Below the pieces are notes generated by a model, which was given only the letters and a program-made list of their open reading frames with translations, was not told the DNA's origin and searched no databases. This document shows, in pieces, positions 28,075 through 37,272 of a stretch of 64,000 bases of DNA (position 1 is its first letter; each line of letters begins with the position of its first letter). The stretch comes from Paracoccaceae bacterium (GTDB taxonomy: Bacteria > Pseudomonadota > Alphaproteobacteria > Rhodobacterales > Rhodobacteraceae). The DNA lies in the NCBI GenBank assembly GCA_021648025.1, contig JAKITO010000016.1, positions 164 through 64,163 of the forward strand, written 5' to 3'. Made by a program: the position numbers and the translations under genes.

Positions 28075-28671
28075 CTAAAGACCTTTCACGCCATGCAACG
28101 TCAAATGACAAACCATCTGTGCATAGTCGTCCCGCGCCTGCGACCCGGCCCCGGAATTCCACATGTAGTACCAGTTCAGCATGCCAAACACCGACATGGT
28201 TGTCGCGCGCAGTTTACCGGCATTCGCGTCAAAGACTTCGGGCGCGTTGGCGTGGATCGCATTTTCGACAAAGCGCACCAAGTCCCGTTGATAGCCGCGC
28301 AATTGTTCCTGTTGCGCATGGGGCAGCGCCGACATCGCACTGATTTGAACCTGATGTTCATGATCAGCACCTTGATAAGCCAGCAGGATTTCCGTGATGA
28401 TGACCTGCAAGGTCTGCGCAGGGCTGTGGCAAGTAATCTCGACCGCCAGAACCCGGTTCCGCAATGCCTTGAGATAGCTGTCGAGGATGTCGAACAGGAT
28501 CGCCATTTTACCATCGTAATAGTGATAGATATTGGCCTTGGATATCCCACATTCCCGCGCCAGCAGGTTCATTGATGCACGGTCGAATCCTTGGGTGGCG
28601 AACACCATTGCCGCCGCCCGCAATATATGCGCGCGTTTCTGGTCGTGGTCCTTGGCGATGGTGCGGGCCAT
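28075..28671 (-). CDS. paaR: TetR/AcrR-family regulator (likely PaaR)
   Basis: 198 aa with the N-terminal HTH ..ILRAAAMVFATQGFDRASMNLLARECGISKANIYHYY... It sits immediately downstream of paaK in the paaGIK arm. Confidence 0.75.
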   Translation of the reverse strand: MARTIAKDHDQKRAHILRAAAMVFATQGFDRASMNLLARECGISKANIYHYYDGKMAILFDILDSYLKALRNRVLAVEITCHSPAQTLQVIITEILLAYQGADHEHQVQISAMSALPHAQQEQLRGYQRDLVRFVENAIHANAPEVFDANAGKLRATTMSVFGMLNWYYMWNSGAGSQARDDYAQMVCHLTLHGVKGL

Positions 28672-28677
28672 GTGCGC

Positions 28678-29988
28678 CTAACCTCTGGCGCGGTTGTCGA
28701 TTACCCTGACCGCTTTGCCCAGTGATCGCGCCACAGTGCCGGGGTCGCCGACAATAACCTCGGTGGAGACGCCGACCATATCCTTGATCCGTTTGCTCAG
28801 CATTCGTTCGGCTGCCGCTTTGCTGGCAGCGCCGGCCGCCTTCGGCGTGGCCTCGACCAGCACCCGCATGGCGTCCATTCGGCCGGATTTATACAACTCG
28901 ATCTGGTAATAGGGTGCCAGGCCGCCGGTTGCCATCACCTGTTCTTCGATCTGGGTCGGGAACACGTTGACGCCGCGCAGGATGATCATGTCGTCCGAAC
29001 GCCCGGTGATCTTTTCCATTCGCCGCATTGAACGCGCCGTGCCTGGCAAAAGCCGGGACAGATCGCGGGTGCGATAGCGGATCATCGGCAGGCCCTGTTT
29101 GGTCAGCGTGGTGAATACCAACTCGCCCGGCTGCCCGTCTTCGACCACTTCTCCGGTTTCCGGGTTGATAATTTCGGGGTAAAAATGGTCTTCCCAGATG
29201 TGCAGCCCGTCTTTGGTTTCGACACATTCATTGGCGACACCCGGTCCCATGATCTCGCTTAGCCCATAGATATCAACGGCGTGCATATCAAAAGCCGCTT
29301 CGACTTCTTCGCGCATGGCGTTGGTCCAGGGTTCGGCGCCAAAGATACCCACCGAGAGCGAGCTTTCGCGCGGGTCCAGACCGGCCTTGTGAAACGCTTC
29401 AAGAATATTCAGCATGTAAGACGGTGTGACCATGATGCCGTCGGGGCGAAAATCATTGATCAGTGTGACCTGTTTTTCGGTCTGCCCGCCGCCCATCGGC
29501 ACCACCGTGGCACCCAGCCGTTCAATGGCGTAATGCGCACCAAGCCCGCCGGTGAACAGACCGTAACCATAGGCGTTATGCACCATGTCGCCTTTGCGCA
29601 GGCCCGAGGCGCGCAAAGATCGCGCACCAAGGTCGGCCCAATTGTCGATGTCGCCTTTGGTATAGCCCACCACGGTTGATTTGCCCGTGGTCCCGGAGGA
29701 GGCGTGGAAGCGGATGATTTCGCTCCGCGGTACGGCCAGCAGGCCAAACGGGTAATTATCGCGCAGATCGTCCTTGTAGGTGAACGGGAATTTGGCGATG
29801 TCAGCCAGGGAATTCAGGTCATCGGGATGCACCCCAGCGGCGTCAAAGCGGGTTTTATACATCGCCACGTTGTCATAGGCGTGCCGCAAAGACCATTTCA
29901 TCCGCTTAAGTTGCAAGGCTTGGATTTCATCAAGAGAGGCGACCTCGATCGGTTCAAGGTCGGATGGTTTGGGGCTTAGATCTTTCAT
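28678..29988 (-). CDS. paaK: Phenylacetate-CoA ligase
   Basis: 436 aa with ..FHASSGTTGKSTVVGYT.. (AMP-binding P-loop) and ..YGLSEIMGPGV... Confidence 0.9.
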   Translation of the reverse strand: MKDLSPKPSDLEPIEVASLDEIQALQLKRMKWSLRHAYDNVAMYKTRFDAAGVHPDDLNSLADIAKFPFTYKDDLRDNYPFGLLAVPRSEIIRFHASSGTTGKSTVVGYTKGDIDNWADLGARSLRASGLRKGDMVHNAYGYGLFTGGLGAHYAIERLGATVVPMGGGQTEKQVTLINDFRPDGIMVTPSYMLNILEAFHKAGLDPRESSLSVGIFGAEPWTNAMREEVEAAFDMHAVDIYGLSEIMGPGVANECVETKDGLHIWEDHFYPEIINPETGEVVEDGQPGELVFTTLTKQGLPMIRYRTRDLSRLLPGTARSMRRMEKITGRSDDMIILRGVNVFPTQIEEQVMATGGLAPYYQIELYKSGRMDAMRVLVEATPKAAGAASKAAAERMLSKRIKDMVGVSTEVIVGDPGTVARSLGKAVRVIDNRARG

Positions 29989-30428
29989 CAGCCGGTCCCT
30001 TCGTTTTCGTCAAAATGCTGGCCTTTGATTGCGCGGGAAATGCCGCGGAACTCGGCGATCACCTGATTGTTCTGATTGCTGACCTTTACGTCATAGATGC
30101 CGGTGCGCCCGGTCAGGCTCACTTCGTGTGCCACGGCTGTCAGACGGTCGCCCAACTGGCCGGGGGCCAGGTAACTGATGACATTGTGCTGTGCCACGGT
30201 CGATTGATTGCGGCTGTTGCAGGCGAATGCAAACGTGCTGTCGGCCAAAAGGAATGTCACCCCTCCGTGACAGATCCCATGGCCGTTGCAATGATGCGCC
30301 GCCACCGTCAGCGCCATGGTTGCCGTGCCTTCATCGATCGATACCAGTTCGATCCCGGCCCAGGGCGAGGCCGCGTCGCCGACCATCATTGCCGTGGCGC
30401 TTTGGCGCGCGCGTTCCTGAGGTGTCAA
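29988..30428 (-). CDS. paaI: Hydroxyphenylacetyl-CoA thioesterase (hotdog fold)
   Basis: 146 aa with ..HCNGHGICHGGVTFLLADS... It has a TTG start overlapping the paaG stop (TTGA), and its stop overlaps the paaK ATG. Confidence 0.8.
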   Translation of the reverse strand: MTPQERARQSATAMMVGDAASPWAGIELVSIDEGTATMALTVAAHHCNGHGICHGGVTFLLADSTFAFACNSRNQSTVAQHNVISYLAPGQLGDRLTAVAHEVSLTGRTGIYDVKVSNQNNQVIAEFRGISRAIKGQHFDENEGTG

Positions 30429-31216
30429 GGTTTGCGCCCGGTAAAGACGGGCGCGCGTTTGTTCAGAAAGGCGCTGACCCCTTCGGCATAGTCCGGGCTT
30501 TGCCCGCAGGTCTTTTGATATTGCGCTTCCAGTTCCAACTGTTGGTCCAGAGAATTTGTCGCCGCCGCCTGAATTGCCAGTTTGGTCAATCCCAGTCCAA
30601 CGGTCGGCCCACCGGCCATTTCAGCGGCCATTTTGCGGGCCTCGTCCATCAGGTCGTCGTCTGGCACCGCCTTCCAGATCAGCCCCCATTCGGCGGCTTG
30701 TGTCGCGTTCAATGGCATGGCCGTCAGGGCCAGCCCTTTGGCACGGGCCTCGCCCAGCAGGCGGGTCAGGGCAAAACTGCCACCGGCGTCGGGCACCAGT
30801 CCCACGCGCGCAAAACTTTGAATGAACTTGGCGCTGGTCGACGCCAGCACCACGTCACAGGCCAAAGCAATATTCGCGCCAGCCCCCGCCGCCACGCCAT
30901 TTACCGCGCAGATCACCGGGAATTCCAGCGAGCGGATCAGGCGAACAAGCGGTGCGTACCATTTCAGAATGGTCTCGCTCAGGTCCGGTGGCCCGTCCAT
31001 TTTTGCAGGGTCACGGTCCCCAAGATCCTGTCCGGCGCAAAACCCGCGCCCGGCCCCGGTCAGCAGGATTGCCCGTGTCCCGCTATCACGCGCGTCTTCA
31101 ATCGCCATGCGTAGCGCCACATGCATGGCGTCGTTGAAGCTGTTAAGCCGGTCGGGGCGGTTGAGTGTGATCTCATGCCAGCCGTCGTGATCCTGCACCA
31201 GAATACTGTCGCTCAT
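30425..31216 (-). CDS. paaG: 1,2-epoxyphenylacetyl-CoA isomerase (crotonase family)
   Basis: 263 aa from ATG 31216: MSDSILVQDHDGWHEITLNRPDRLNSF..., ..GAGRGFCAGQDL... Confidence 0.85.
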   Translation of the reverse strand: MSDSILVQDHDGWHEITLNRPDRLNSFNDAMHVALRMAIEDARDSGTRAILLTGAGRGFCAGQDLGDRDPAKMDGPPDLSETILKWYAPLVRLIRSLEFPVICAVNGVAAGAGANIALACDVVLASTSAKFIQSFARVGLVPDAGGSFALTRLLGEARAKGLALTAMPLNATQAAEWGLIWKAVPDDDLMDEARKMAAEMAGGPTVGLGLTKLAIQAAATNSLDQQLELEAQYQKTCGQSPDYAEGVSAFLNKRAPVFTGRKP

Positions 31217-31300
31217 ATTGTCTGCCCTCAATTGGTGCCTCTCATCTTGCATAAACCGAACGGTTGGTCAATAATAATGGCAGCACATGAGGAGAGTGAT

Positions 31301-33331
31301 ATGAGCATTCAACAGGTCAACAGTTTTGCCGCCGGTCAATGGGTATCACCGGGGACGGGGGCGCGCGATATCGCCTGTGCCATCACCGGTGAGGTGATTG
31401 CCAGTGCCGGCAATGATGCGTTGGATGTGCAGATGATGCTGGATCACGCCCGCACGGTTGGCGGTCCTGCCTTGCGGGCCATGACATTTCACGACCGCGC
31501 CCGGATGCTTAAGGCGCTGGCTGGCCACTTGGGACAGCACAAACAGGCGCTGTATGATCTGTCGTTCAGTACCGGTGCGACGCAGGCCGATCATCTGGTC
31601 GACATTGATGGCGGCATCGGGACGTGTTTCGTGTTTGCCTCCAAGGGGCGGCGCGAAATGCCCGACGGGCATGTTTATGTTGACGGCGAGGTTGAGCAAC
31701 TTAGCCGCACGGGCAGTTTTCTGGGGCAGCACATTTGCACCCCGATGTTGGGGGTTGCGGTGCATATCAACGCCTTCAACTTTCCGGTCTGGGGGATGCT
31801 GGAGAAATTGGCCCCGACTTTATTGGCTGGCGTCCCGGCAATAGTAAAACCGGCGACAACCACCTGTTATGTCACCGAATTGGCAGTGCGGCTGATGATC
31901 GGTTCAGGCGTGTTGCCAGCAGGAGCATTGCAACTGGTGACGGGGGGATTGGGCGATATGCTGGATCATCTGGGGGGGCAGGATGTGGTTAGCTTTACCG
32001 GGTCGGCCGATACAGCGCTGAAATTGCGCGCGAACCCTGTGTTGCTGCGAAACTCGACCCGGTTTGTTGCTGAACAAGACAGTTTGAATGCGTCGATCCT
32101 TGGGCCGGATGCAGCCCCCGGCACCCCGGAGTTTGACCTGTTTGTCAAAGAAGTCGTGCGCGAGATGACCACCAAAGCCGGTCAGAAATGCACCGCCATT
32201 CGCCGTATCATCGCACCGGTCGGGCAGGTGGACGCAGTGATTGCGGCGCTTTCAGAGCGTTTGGCCAAAACCACGATTGGTGATCCCCGGCTTGAGACCA
32301 CCCGCATGGGTGCTTTGGTCAGTGCGGGACAAAAGCGCGACGTTCTGGCGCGTGCCGCGTTGATCGCCACCGAGGCCGAACGTGTGTTTGGTGACCCCGA
32401 CAATTTCACAGTCGACGGCGTGGACCCGGGCAAAGGCGCCTTTGTGCCGCCAATGCTGTTTCACTGCGCCGACCCGGACAAAGCCAGGGCGGTGCATGAA
32501 ACCGAGGCGTTTGGCCCGGTCAGCACCATCATGGGCTACCGTGATCTTGACCATGCCATTGCCTTGGCCAACCGGGGGCAGGGGTCTTTGGTAGCGTCGG
32601 TGATCACCCGTGACGCAGATGTGGCGCGCCGCGTGGTAATGGGTTCGGCCGCGATGCACGGGCGGCTGTATTTCAACAACCGGGATTCGATGAAGGAAAG
32701 CACCGGGCACGGGGCGCCGTTGCCGCATATGGTGCATGGCGGTCCGGGTCGGGCAGGCGGCGGCGAAGAACTGGGCGGGGTGCGCGGCGTGATGCACTAT
32801 ATGCAGAGGACCGCCATTCAAGGGTCGCCTGACATTCTGACGGCAATCACCCAGACATGGGTGCCGGGCGCGCAAGAGGTCAAGGGCCCCGGGCATCCGT
32901 TCACCCGCCGGTTTCATGATCTGACGATTGGCGAAACCCTGCATACTGAACCCCGCTCTGTCACGCTGGACGATATCGAACATTTTGCCAAATTCACCGG
33001 CGATAATTTTTACGCGCATATGGACGACGCTGCCGCGCGCCGGAACCCGTTTTTCCCGGGGCGGGTGGCGCATGGGTACCTGTTGCTCAGCTTTGCGGCA
33101 GGTTTGTTTGTAGAGCCTAACGAGGGGCCGGTGCTGGCCAATACCGGGCTGGATTCCTTACGCTTCATGAAGCCGGTTGTTGCGGGGGATGCCATTTCGG
33201 TCCGCCTTAGCGTGAAAAAGAAAACCCCGCGCAATGAGGATTATGGCGAAGTGCGCTGGCATGTGACCTTGACCAATCAGGATGGTGACAAGGTGGCGGA
33301 ATATGAACTGCTGACCATGGTGGCCTACTAA
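31301..33331 (+). CDS. paaZ: Bifunctional oxepin-CoA hydrolase / 3-oxo-5,6-dehydrosuberyl-CoA semialdehyde dehydrogenase
   Basis: 676 aa from ATG 31301, behind GGAGAG. It has an N-terminal ALDH domain (..KAGQKCTAIRR..) and a C-terminal MaoC hot-dog domain (..FTGDNFYAHMD..). Confidence 0.9.
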   Translation: MSIQQVNSFAAGQWVSPGTGARDIACAITGEVIASAGNDALDVQMMLDHARTVGGPALRAMTFHDRARMLKALAGHLGQHKQALYDLSFSTGATQADHLVDIDGGIGTCFVFASKGRREMPDGHVYVDGEVEQLSRTGSFLGQHICTPMLGVAVHINAFNFPVWGMLEKLAPTLLAGVPAIVKPATTTCYVTELAVRLMIGSGVLPAGALQLVTGGLGDMLDHLGGQDVVSFTGSADTALKLRANPVLLRNSTRFVAEQDSLNASILGPDAAPGTPEFDLFVKEVVREMTTKAGQKCTAIRRIIAPVGQVDAVIAALSERLAKTTIGDPRLETTRMGALVSAGQKRDVLARAALIATEAERVFGDPDNFTVDGVDPGKGAFVPPMLFHCADPDKARAVHETEAFGPVSTIMGYRDLDHAIALANRGQGSLVASVITRDADVARRVVMGSAAMHGRLYFNNRDSMKESTGHGAPLPHMVHGGPGRAGGGEELGGVRGVMHYMQRTAIQGSPDILTAITQTWVPGAQEVKGPGHPFTRRFHDLTIGETLHTEPRSVTLDDIEHFAKFTGDNFYAHMDDAAARRNPFFPGRVAHGYLLLSFAAGLFVEPNEGPVLANTGLDSLRFMKPVVAGDAISVRLSVKKKTPRNEDYGEVRWHVTLTNQDGDKVAEYELLTMVAY

Positions 33332-33342
33332 AGCTGCGAAGA

Positions 33343-33361
33343 AAGCCCCGCTTCGGGGCTT
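33343..33361 (+). terminator. Hairpin after paaZ
   Basis: AAGCCCCG-CTT-CGGGGCTT lies 11 nt after the paaZ stop. The U-tract is weak. Confidence 0.45.
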
Positions 33362-33478
33362 GATGAGCGGCCCCGCCCACAAACGCGACCTGTTATTAAG
33401 CCGCAACCACGCCTCTTGCGCCACCCTGTCCCCTGCGCCAAAGCTGCGCACCAATGTACCCAGACAAGGAACACGCAC

Positions 33479-34408
33479 ATGCGCCTGGCAACGGTTTCAT
33501 TCGAAGGTAGATCCCGCGTTGTGGCGGCACTGGACGACGAGGTGCTGCTTGATCTGGACCGGGCGGCTGAATTGGCGCGCTATGAGACCCGGACATTCAC
33601 CAATATGTTGTCGGTGATCGAAGAGGGCGATTATGGTCTGGAACAGGCGGAACACCTGATCCGGCGATCCACCAAACGTGCGCTTATGAAAACTGCTGAC
33701 GTGACGTTTCTGCCGCCATTGAAGCCGGTGCAATTTCGCGATTGCCTGGTGTTTGAGACGCACCTGAAGAACAGTTTTGCAGCGGCGGAAAAGATGACGG
33801 GACGGGCGTTTGCCATTCCGCAGGTCTGGTATGATCAGCCGATTTATTACAAAGGCAACCGGATGTCGTTCATTGGCCAGGGGGCGGATGTGATCTGGCC
33901 ATCTTACGCTGAATTCCTGGATATCGAACTGGAGCTGGCGATTGTGGTGGGCAAGCAAGGCAAGGACATTTCTGCGGCTGACGCCCCGGACCACATATTC
34001 GGTTATACCATCCTGAACGACATTTCGGCGCGTGATGCGCAGATGGTGGAAATGGCCGGTCAATTGGGTCCGGCCAAGGGTAAGGATTTTGACACCGGTA
34101 ACATCCTTGGGCCTTACATCCTGACGGCGGATGAAGTGCCGCATCCCGTGGCTCTGGACATGCAGGCGCGGGTTAACGGCGCTGTTTGGGGGGGTGGCAA
34201 TTCGCGCGATATGCACCATGATTTTGCGGCCATTCTGGCGCATATCTCGGCCTCGGAAACGATTTATCCCGGCGAAGTCATCGGCTCGGGCACGGTTGGC
34301 ACCGGCTGTGGGCTGGAGATTGGCAAACGTCTGGCCCCCGGCGATGAATTCGAGCTTGAGATCGAAAATATTGGCGTGTTGACGAACCGGATAATTCGCC
34401 CCGAGTAA
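33479..34408 (+). CDS. Fumarylacetoacetate hydrolase (FAH)-family protein
   Basis: 309 aa from ATG 33479, behind AAGGAA. It has ..LDIELELAIVVGK.., ..GYTILNDISARD.. and ..AKGKDFDTG... Confidence 0.8.
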   Translation: MRLATVSFEGRSRVVAALDDEVLLDLDRAAELARYETRTFTNMLSVIEEGDYGLEQAEHLIRRSTKRALMKTADVTFLPPLKPVQFRDCLVFETHLKNSFAAAEKMTGRAFAIPQVWYDQPIYYKGNRMSFIGQGADVIWPSYAEFLDIELELAIVVGKQGKDISAADAPDHIFGYTILNDISARDAQMVEMAGQLGPAKGKDFDTGNILGPYILTADEVPHPVALDMQARVNGAVWGGGNSRDMHHDFAAILAHISASETIYPGEVIGSGTVGTGCGLEIGKRLAPGDEFELEIENIGVLTNRIIRPE

Positions 34409-34426
34409 GATTCAGAATAAAAGCGT

Positions 34427-34459
34427 AACACAGCCCCGGGGTCGACCCGGGACTGTGTT
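34427..34459. terminator. Bidirectional hairpin between the FAH-family gene and ribH
   Basis: AACACAGCCCCGG-GGTCGA-CCGGGACTGTGTT forms an imperfect 13-bp stem in the convergent spacer. Confidence 0.45.
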
Positions 34460-34462
34460 CCT

Positions 34463-34897
34463 TCAAGCCGCCAAACGGGCGCGGGTTCGGGTGATCTGCA
34501 AGGCCGCTTCGGCGGCTTCACAGCCTTTTTGTTCAAAATGCGCGGCGAAAATGGCATCGTGATGTGCGGTTTCCTGATACTGATGCGGGGTCAGTGAGAC
34601 CGACAGAACCGGAATGCCACTATCAAGTCCGGCGCGCATCAGGCCATCAACCACAGCACTTGCCACAAAGTCATGGCGGTAGATGCCACCGTCCACGACA
34701 AAGGCAGCACAGACAACAGCGCCGTACTGCCTGCTTAGGGCAAGATCACGGGCCAGAAGTGGCATTTCGAATGCGCCGGGGACGTCGAAAATATCGACCT
34801 GCGCCGGAGGGATAAGCGTTAGAAAGCCGTCCAGTGCGCGGTTGACGATTGGGACATGCCAGTTGGCTTTGATAAATGCAAATCGGGTGAGTGTCAT
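34463..34897 (-). CDS. ribH: 6,7-dimethyl-8-ribityllumazine synthase, type II (RibH2-like)
   Basis: 144 aa: MTLTRFAFIKANWHVPIVNRALDGF...DVPGAFEMPLLA... It lies directly downstream of an FMN riboswitch. Confidence 0.85.
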   Translation of the reverse strand: MTLTRFAFIKANWHVPIVNRALDGFLTLIPPAQVDIFDVPGAFEMPLLARDLALSRQYGAVVCAAFVVDGGIYRHDFVASAVVDGLMRAGLDSGIPVLSVSLTPHQYQETAHHDAIFAAHFEQKGCEAAEAALQITRTRARLAA

Positions 34898-34983
34898 GAG
34901 TGATCTCCTTTTTTAGGTTTCGACACGTCCACCCAAGGCGATCACGGGCAGAGGTATCGCCGGGTTGGCGATACGATCTGCAC

Positions 34984-35140
34984 GTCCTCTTTCATCCGGA
35001 CTTTAACCGTCGGCTCTGGAGTCTCACCAGATCTGCTGACCAATGGGTTTCCAAAGGAAACCCATTGCGCTCGCGGGCTTGCAGATCAGGTCTGCATACC
35101 GCCGGTGGGGAATTTCACCCCGCCCTGAGAACAGGAAGAA
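34984..35140 (-). promoter_or_regulatory. FMN riboswitch (RFN element) aptamer
   Basis: The minus strand reads ..CAGGGCGGGGTGAAATTCCCCACCGGCGGTA..AGCCCGCGAGCG..GGTCAGCAGATCTGGTGAGACTCCAGAGCCGACGGTTAAAGTCCGGATGAAAGAGGAC, matching all conserved RFN blocks. An expression platform with the GTATCGCC..GGCGATAC hairpin and the AAGGAG RBS follows, leading to the ribH ATG. Confidence 0.9.
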
Positions 35141-35194
35141 CTTGCCAAAACCTGCCCCAACCTGCAAGAGCGTTGTCAGCAAAAAGGTAGTTCC

Positions 35195-35830
35195 ATGCAT
35201 CCAAATCAGATGTTTCATGACGCAAGCGAGGCGGATAACCTTGCCTTTGCCCGAGAGCGCGGGTTTGGCGTATTGGCCGTAGGGGGCAAAGGCATGCCGA
35301 TGCTGGCGCATGTGCCGTTTTTGGTGGCTGAGGATAGTAAGTCGGTGGAATTGCATCTGGTCCGTTCCAATCACATCGCAAGAATGCTCGCCACGGTAAA
35401 TACTGGGCCGTTGCCTGCACTCCTCGCAATCTCTGGTCCGGATTCGTATATCTCGCCTGATTGGTACGGGGTTGAAGGGCAGGTGCCGACCTGGAATTAT
35501 GTGGCGGTGCATTTAAGCGGCCTGTTAGAGCGGTTGCCGGATGAAGCGTTGCGAGGGGTTCTTGACCGTCTGTCAATGCAGTTTGAGGCAAAGCTTGAGC
35601 CTAAAGCCCCATGGACCGCGGACAAGATGGAGCCTGAGGCCCTGGGCAAGATGATGCGGATGATTGTGCCGTTCCGGATGGAGCTGACTGGCGTCGATGG
35701 CACCTGGAAGTTGGCGCAAAATAAGCCGGATGAAGTGCGGGAAAGGGCGGCAGGCTTTGTCGATGCCTATGGAATAGGGTCACAAGAGCGTACTCTTGCA
35801 GCTTTGATGCGGGGCGTTCTGGACGGCTGA
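35195..35830 (+). CDS. PaiB-family FMN-binding putative transcriptional regulator
   Basis: 211 aa: MHPNQMFHDASEADNLAFARERGFGVLAV...LVAHVPF...HLVRSNHIA.., typical of the family. Confidence 0.8.
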   Translation: MHPNQMFHDASEADNLAFARERGFGVLAVGGKGMPMLAHVPFLVAEDSKSVELHLVRSNHIARMLATVNTGPLPALLAISGPDSYISPDWYGVEGQVPTWNYVAVHLSGLLERLPDEALRGVLDRLSMQFEAKLEPKAPWTADKMEPEALGKMMRMIVPFRMELTGVDGTWKLAQNKPDEVRERAAGFVDAYGIGSQERTLAALMRGVLDG

Positions 35831-35878
35831 GGTATATCGTCCTAGGGTCGTCAGCATATCCAATCCGGGAGTGCACTC

Positions 35879-36490
35879 ATGAAGCTTTATCACAGTCCAA
35901 CCTCGCCGTATGTCCGCAAGGTCCGGGTGTTGCTGCTTGAAACCGGGCAAAGCGATGATGTGGAATTGGTCAATGCCGGGGGCACGCCATTTGCCCCGTC
36001 TGACGCCTTGATGGCAAGGAACCCTTTGACCAAGGTACCTGCGCTGGAACTGGCCGATGGGTCGGTATTGTTTGATAGCCGGGTGATCTGCGCCTATTTC
36101 GATGATCGCGCAAAAGCCGGGCTTTATCAATCTGGTGCGGCGCACTGGCAGGCCCGCACGCTTGAAGCTTTGGCGGATGGGATGCTGGACGCCGCCCTGT
36201 TGATTGTCTTTGAAGGGCGGCTGCGGCCTGAGGAAAAGCAGATGGAAGAATGGTGCGATGCACAATGGGCCAAGATCGAACGCGCCTGCGCCGTGATGAC
36301 GCACGATTGGATGGGCCACCTTGGTGGGCCATTGGATATGGGACAGATCGCCGCTGGTTGTGCGTTAAGCTATTTGGATTTTCGCCTGGACGCGCGCGGG
36401 TGGCGTAAAGACAATGATGCCCTTGCCGCATGGTTCAAAGCCTTCGAATCAAGGGCCAGCATGGTGGCAACCCGGCCGCCGACGGGTTGA
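35879..36490 (+). CDS. Glutathione S-transferase
   Basis: 203 aa: MKLYHSPTSPYVRKVRVLLLETG...KVPALEL.DGSVLFDSRVI.. Confidence 0.85.
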   Translation: MKLYHSPTSPYVRKVRVLLLETGQSDDVELVNAGGTPFAPSDALMARNPLTKVPALELADGSVLFDSRVICAYFDDRAKAGLYQSGAAHWQARTLEALADGMLDAALLIVFEGRLRPEEKQMEEWCDAQWAKIERACAVMTHDWMGHLGGPLDMGQIAAGCALSYLDFRLDARGWRKDNDALAAWFKAFESRASMVATRPPTG

Positions 36491-36688
36491 ATCCAGCAAT
36501 AAAGGGTCAAAAGATGCACATCGTAGGCAAATTTGTTAACCAAATCCAAGTCATCCTGCCCACATGCGCGCCTTTAACCGCTGGACGAACCACAAAACCC
36601 GCGATAAATAGCCCGCCAAAGACACTGCTTTCCTAGCGGTGCGTTAATTGCGTTGCCCGTTCTGGGCGTAAGAATTGGAGTTAACCTC

Positions 36689-37261
36689 GTGTCCCACGCA
36701 GATGACCACGCAGATGACCACGATGGCACAAAGAGGGATTTCCTCTATTATGTGACAGCAGGAGCAGGTGCCATAACCGCAGGTGCAGCTGTCTGGCCGC
36801 TGGTCAATCAGATGAACCCGTCGGCGGATGTGCAGGCATTGTCGTCGATTCGCGTTGATATCGCGGATGTCGAGGTTGGCACGCAGATCAGTGTCAAATT
36901 CCTGGGCAAGCCGGTGTTCATTCGCCGCCGTGGCGCGGATGAGATTGCAGACGCAAGATCGGTTGATCTGGACCTTCTGATGGATAATGTGGCGCGTAAT
37001 TCCAACAATCCGGGTCAGGACGGGTCGGATCAAAACCGCACGATGGACGAGGCTGGCGAATGGTTGGTGATGGTAGGGGTCTGCACCCATCTGGGCTGTG
37101 TGCCGCTGGGTGACGGAGCCGGGGATTTCGGCGGTTGGTTCTGCCCGTGTCACGGCTCGCATTACGACACATCCGGTCGTATCCGCAAAGGCCCCGCACC
37201 CGAGAACCTGCCGGTTCCGATGGCGGAATTCCTCGATGAAACAACGATAAAACTGGGATAA
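36689..37261 (+). CDS. petA: Ubiquinol-cytochrome c reductase Rieske iron-sulfur subunit
   Basis: GTG start at 36689, behind GGAG. It has a Tat-like/TM N-terminus (RRDFLYY..) and Rieske motifs CTHLGCVP and CPCHGSHY. Confidence 0.9.
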   Translation: MSHADDHADDHDGTKRDFLYYVTAGAGAITAGAAVWPLVNQMNPSADVQALSSIRVDIADVEVGTQISVKFLGKPVFIRRRGADEIADARSVDLDLLMDNVARNSNNPGQDGSDQNRTMDEAGEWLVMVGVCTHLGCVPLGDGAGDFGGWFCPCHGSHYDTSGRIRKGPAPENLPVPMAEFLDETTIKLG

Positions 37262-37272
37262 GGGAGCGCGAG

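Noticed and set aside
31254-31265. AACCG-AA-CGGTT in the paaG/paaZ divergent region as a PaaR operator related to the 21755-21770 inverted repeat.
   Set aside because: The arms are only 5 bp and share little with the paaJ-upstream repeat beyond a GGTC core. This is too weak to call without a motif search.
35024-35591. Two overlapping minus-strand ORFs (162 and 158 aa) across the ribH leader.
   Set aside because: They overlap the FMN riboswitch and the PaiB-like gene. Riboswitch conservation explains the sequence.
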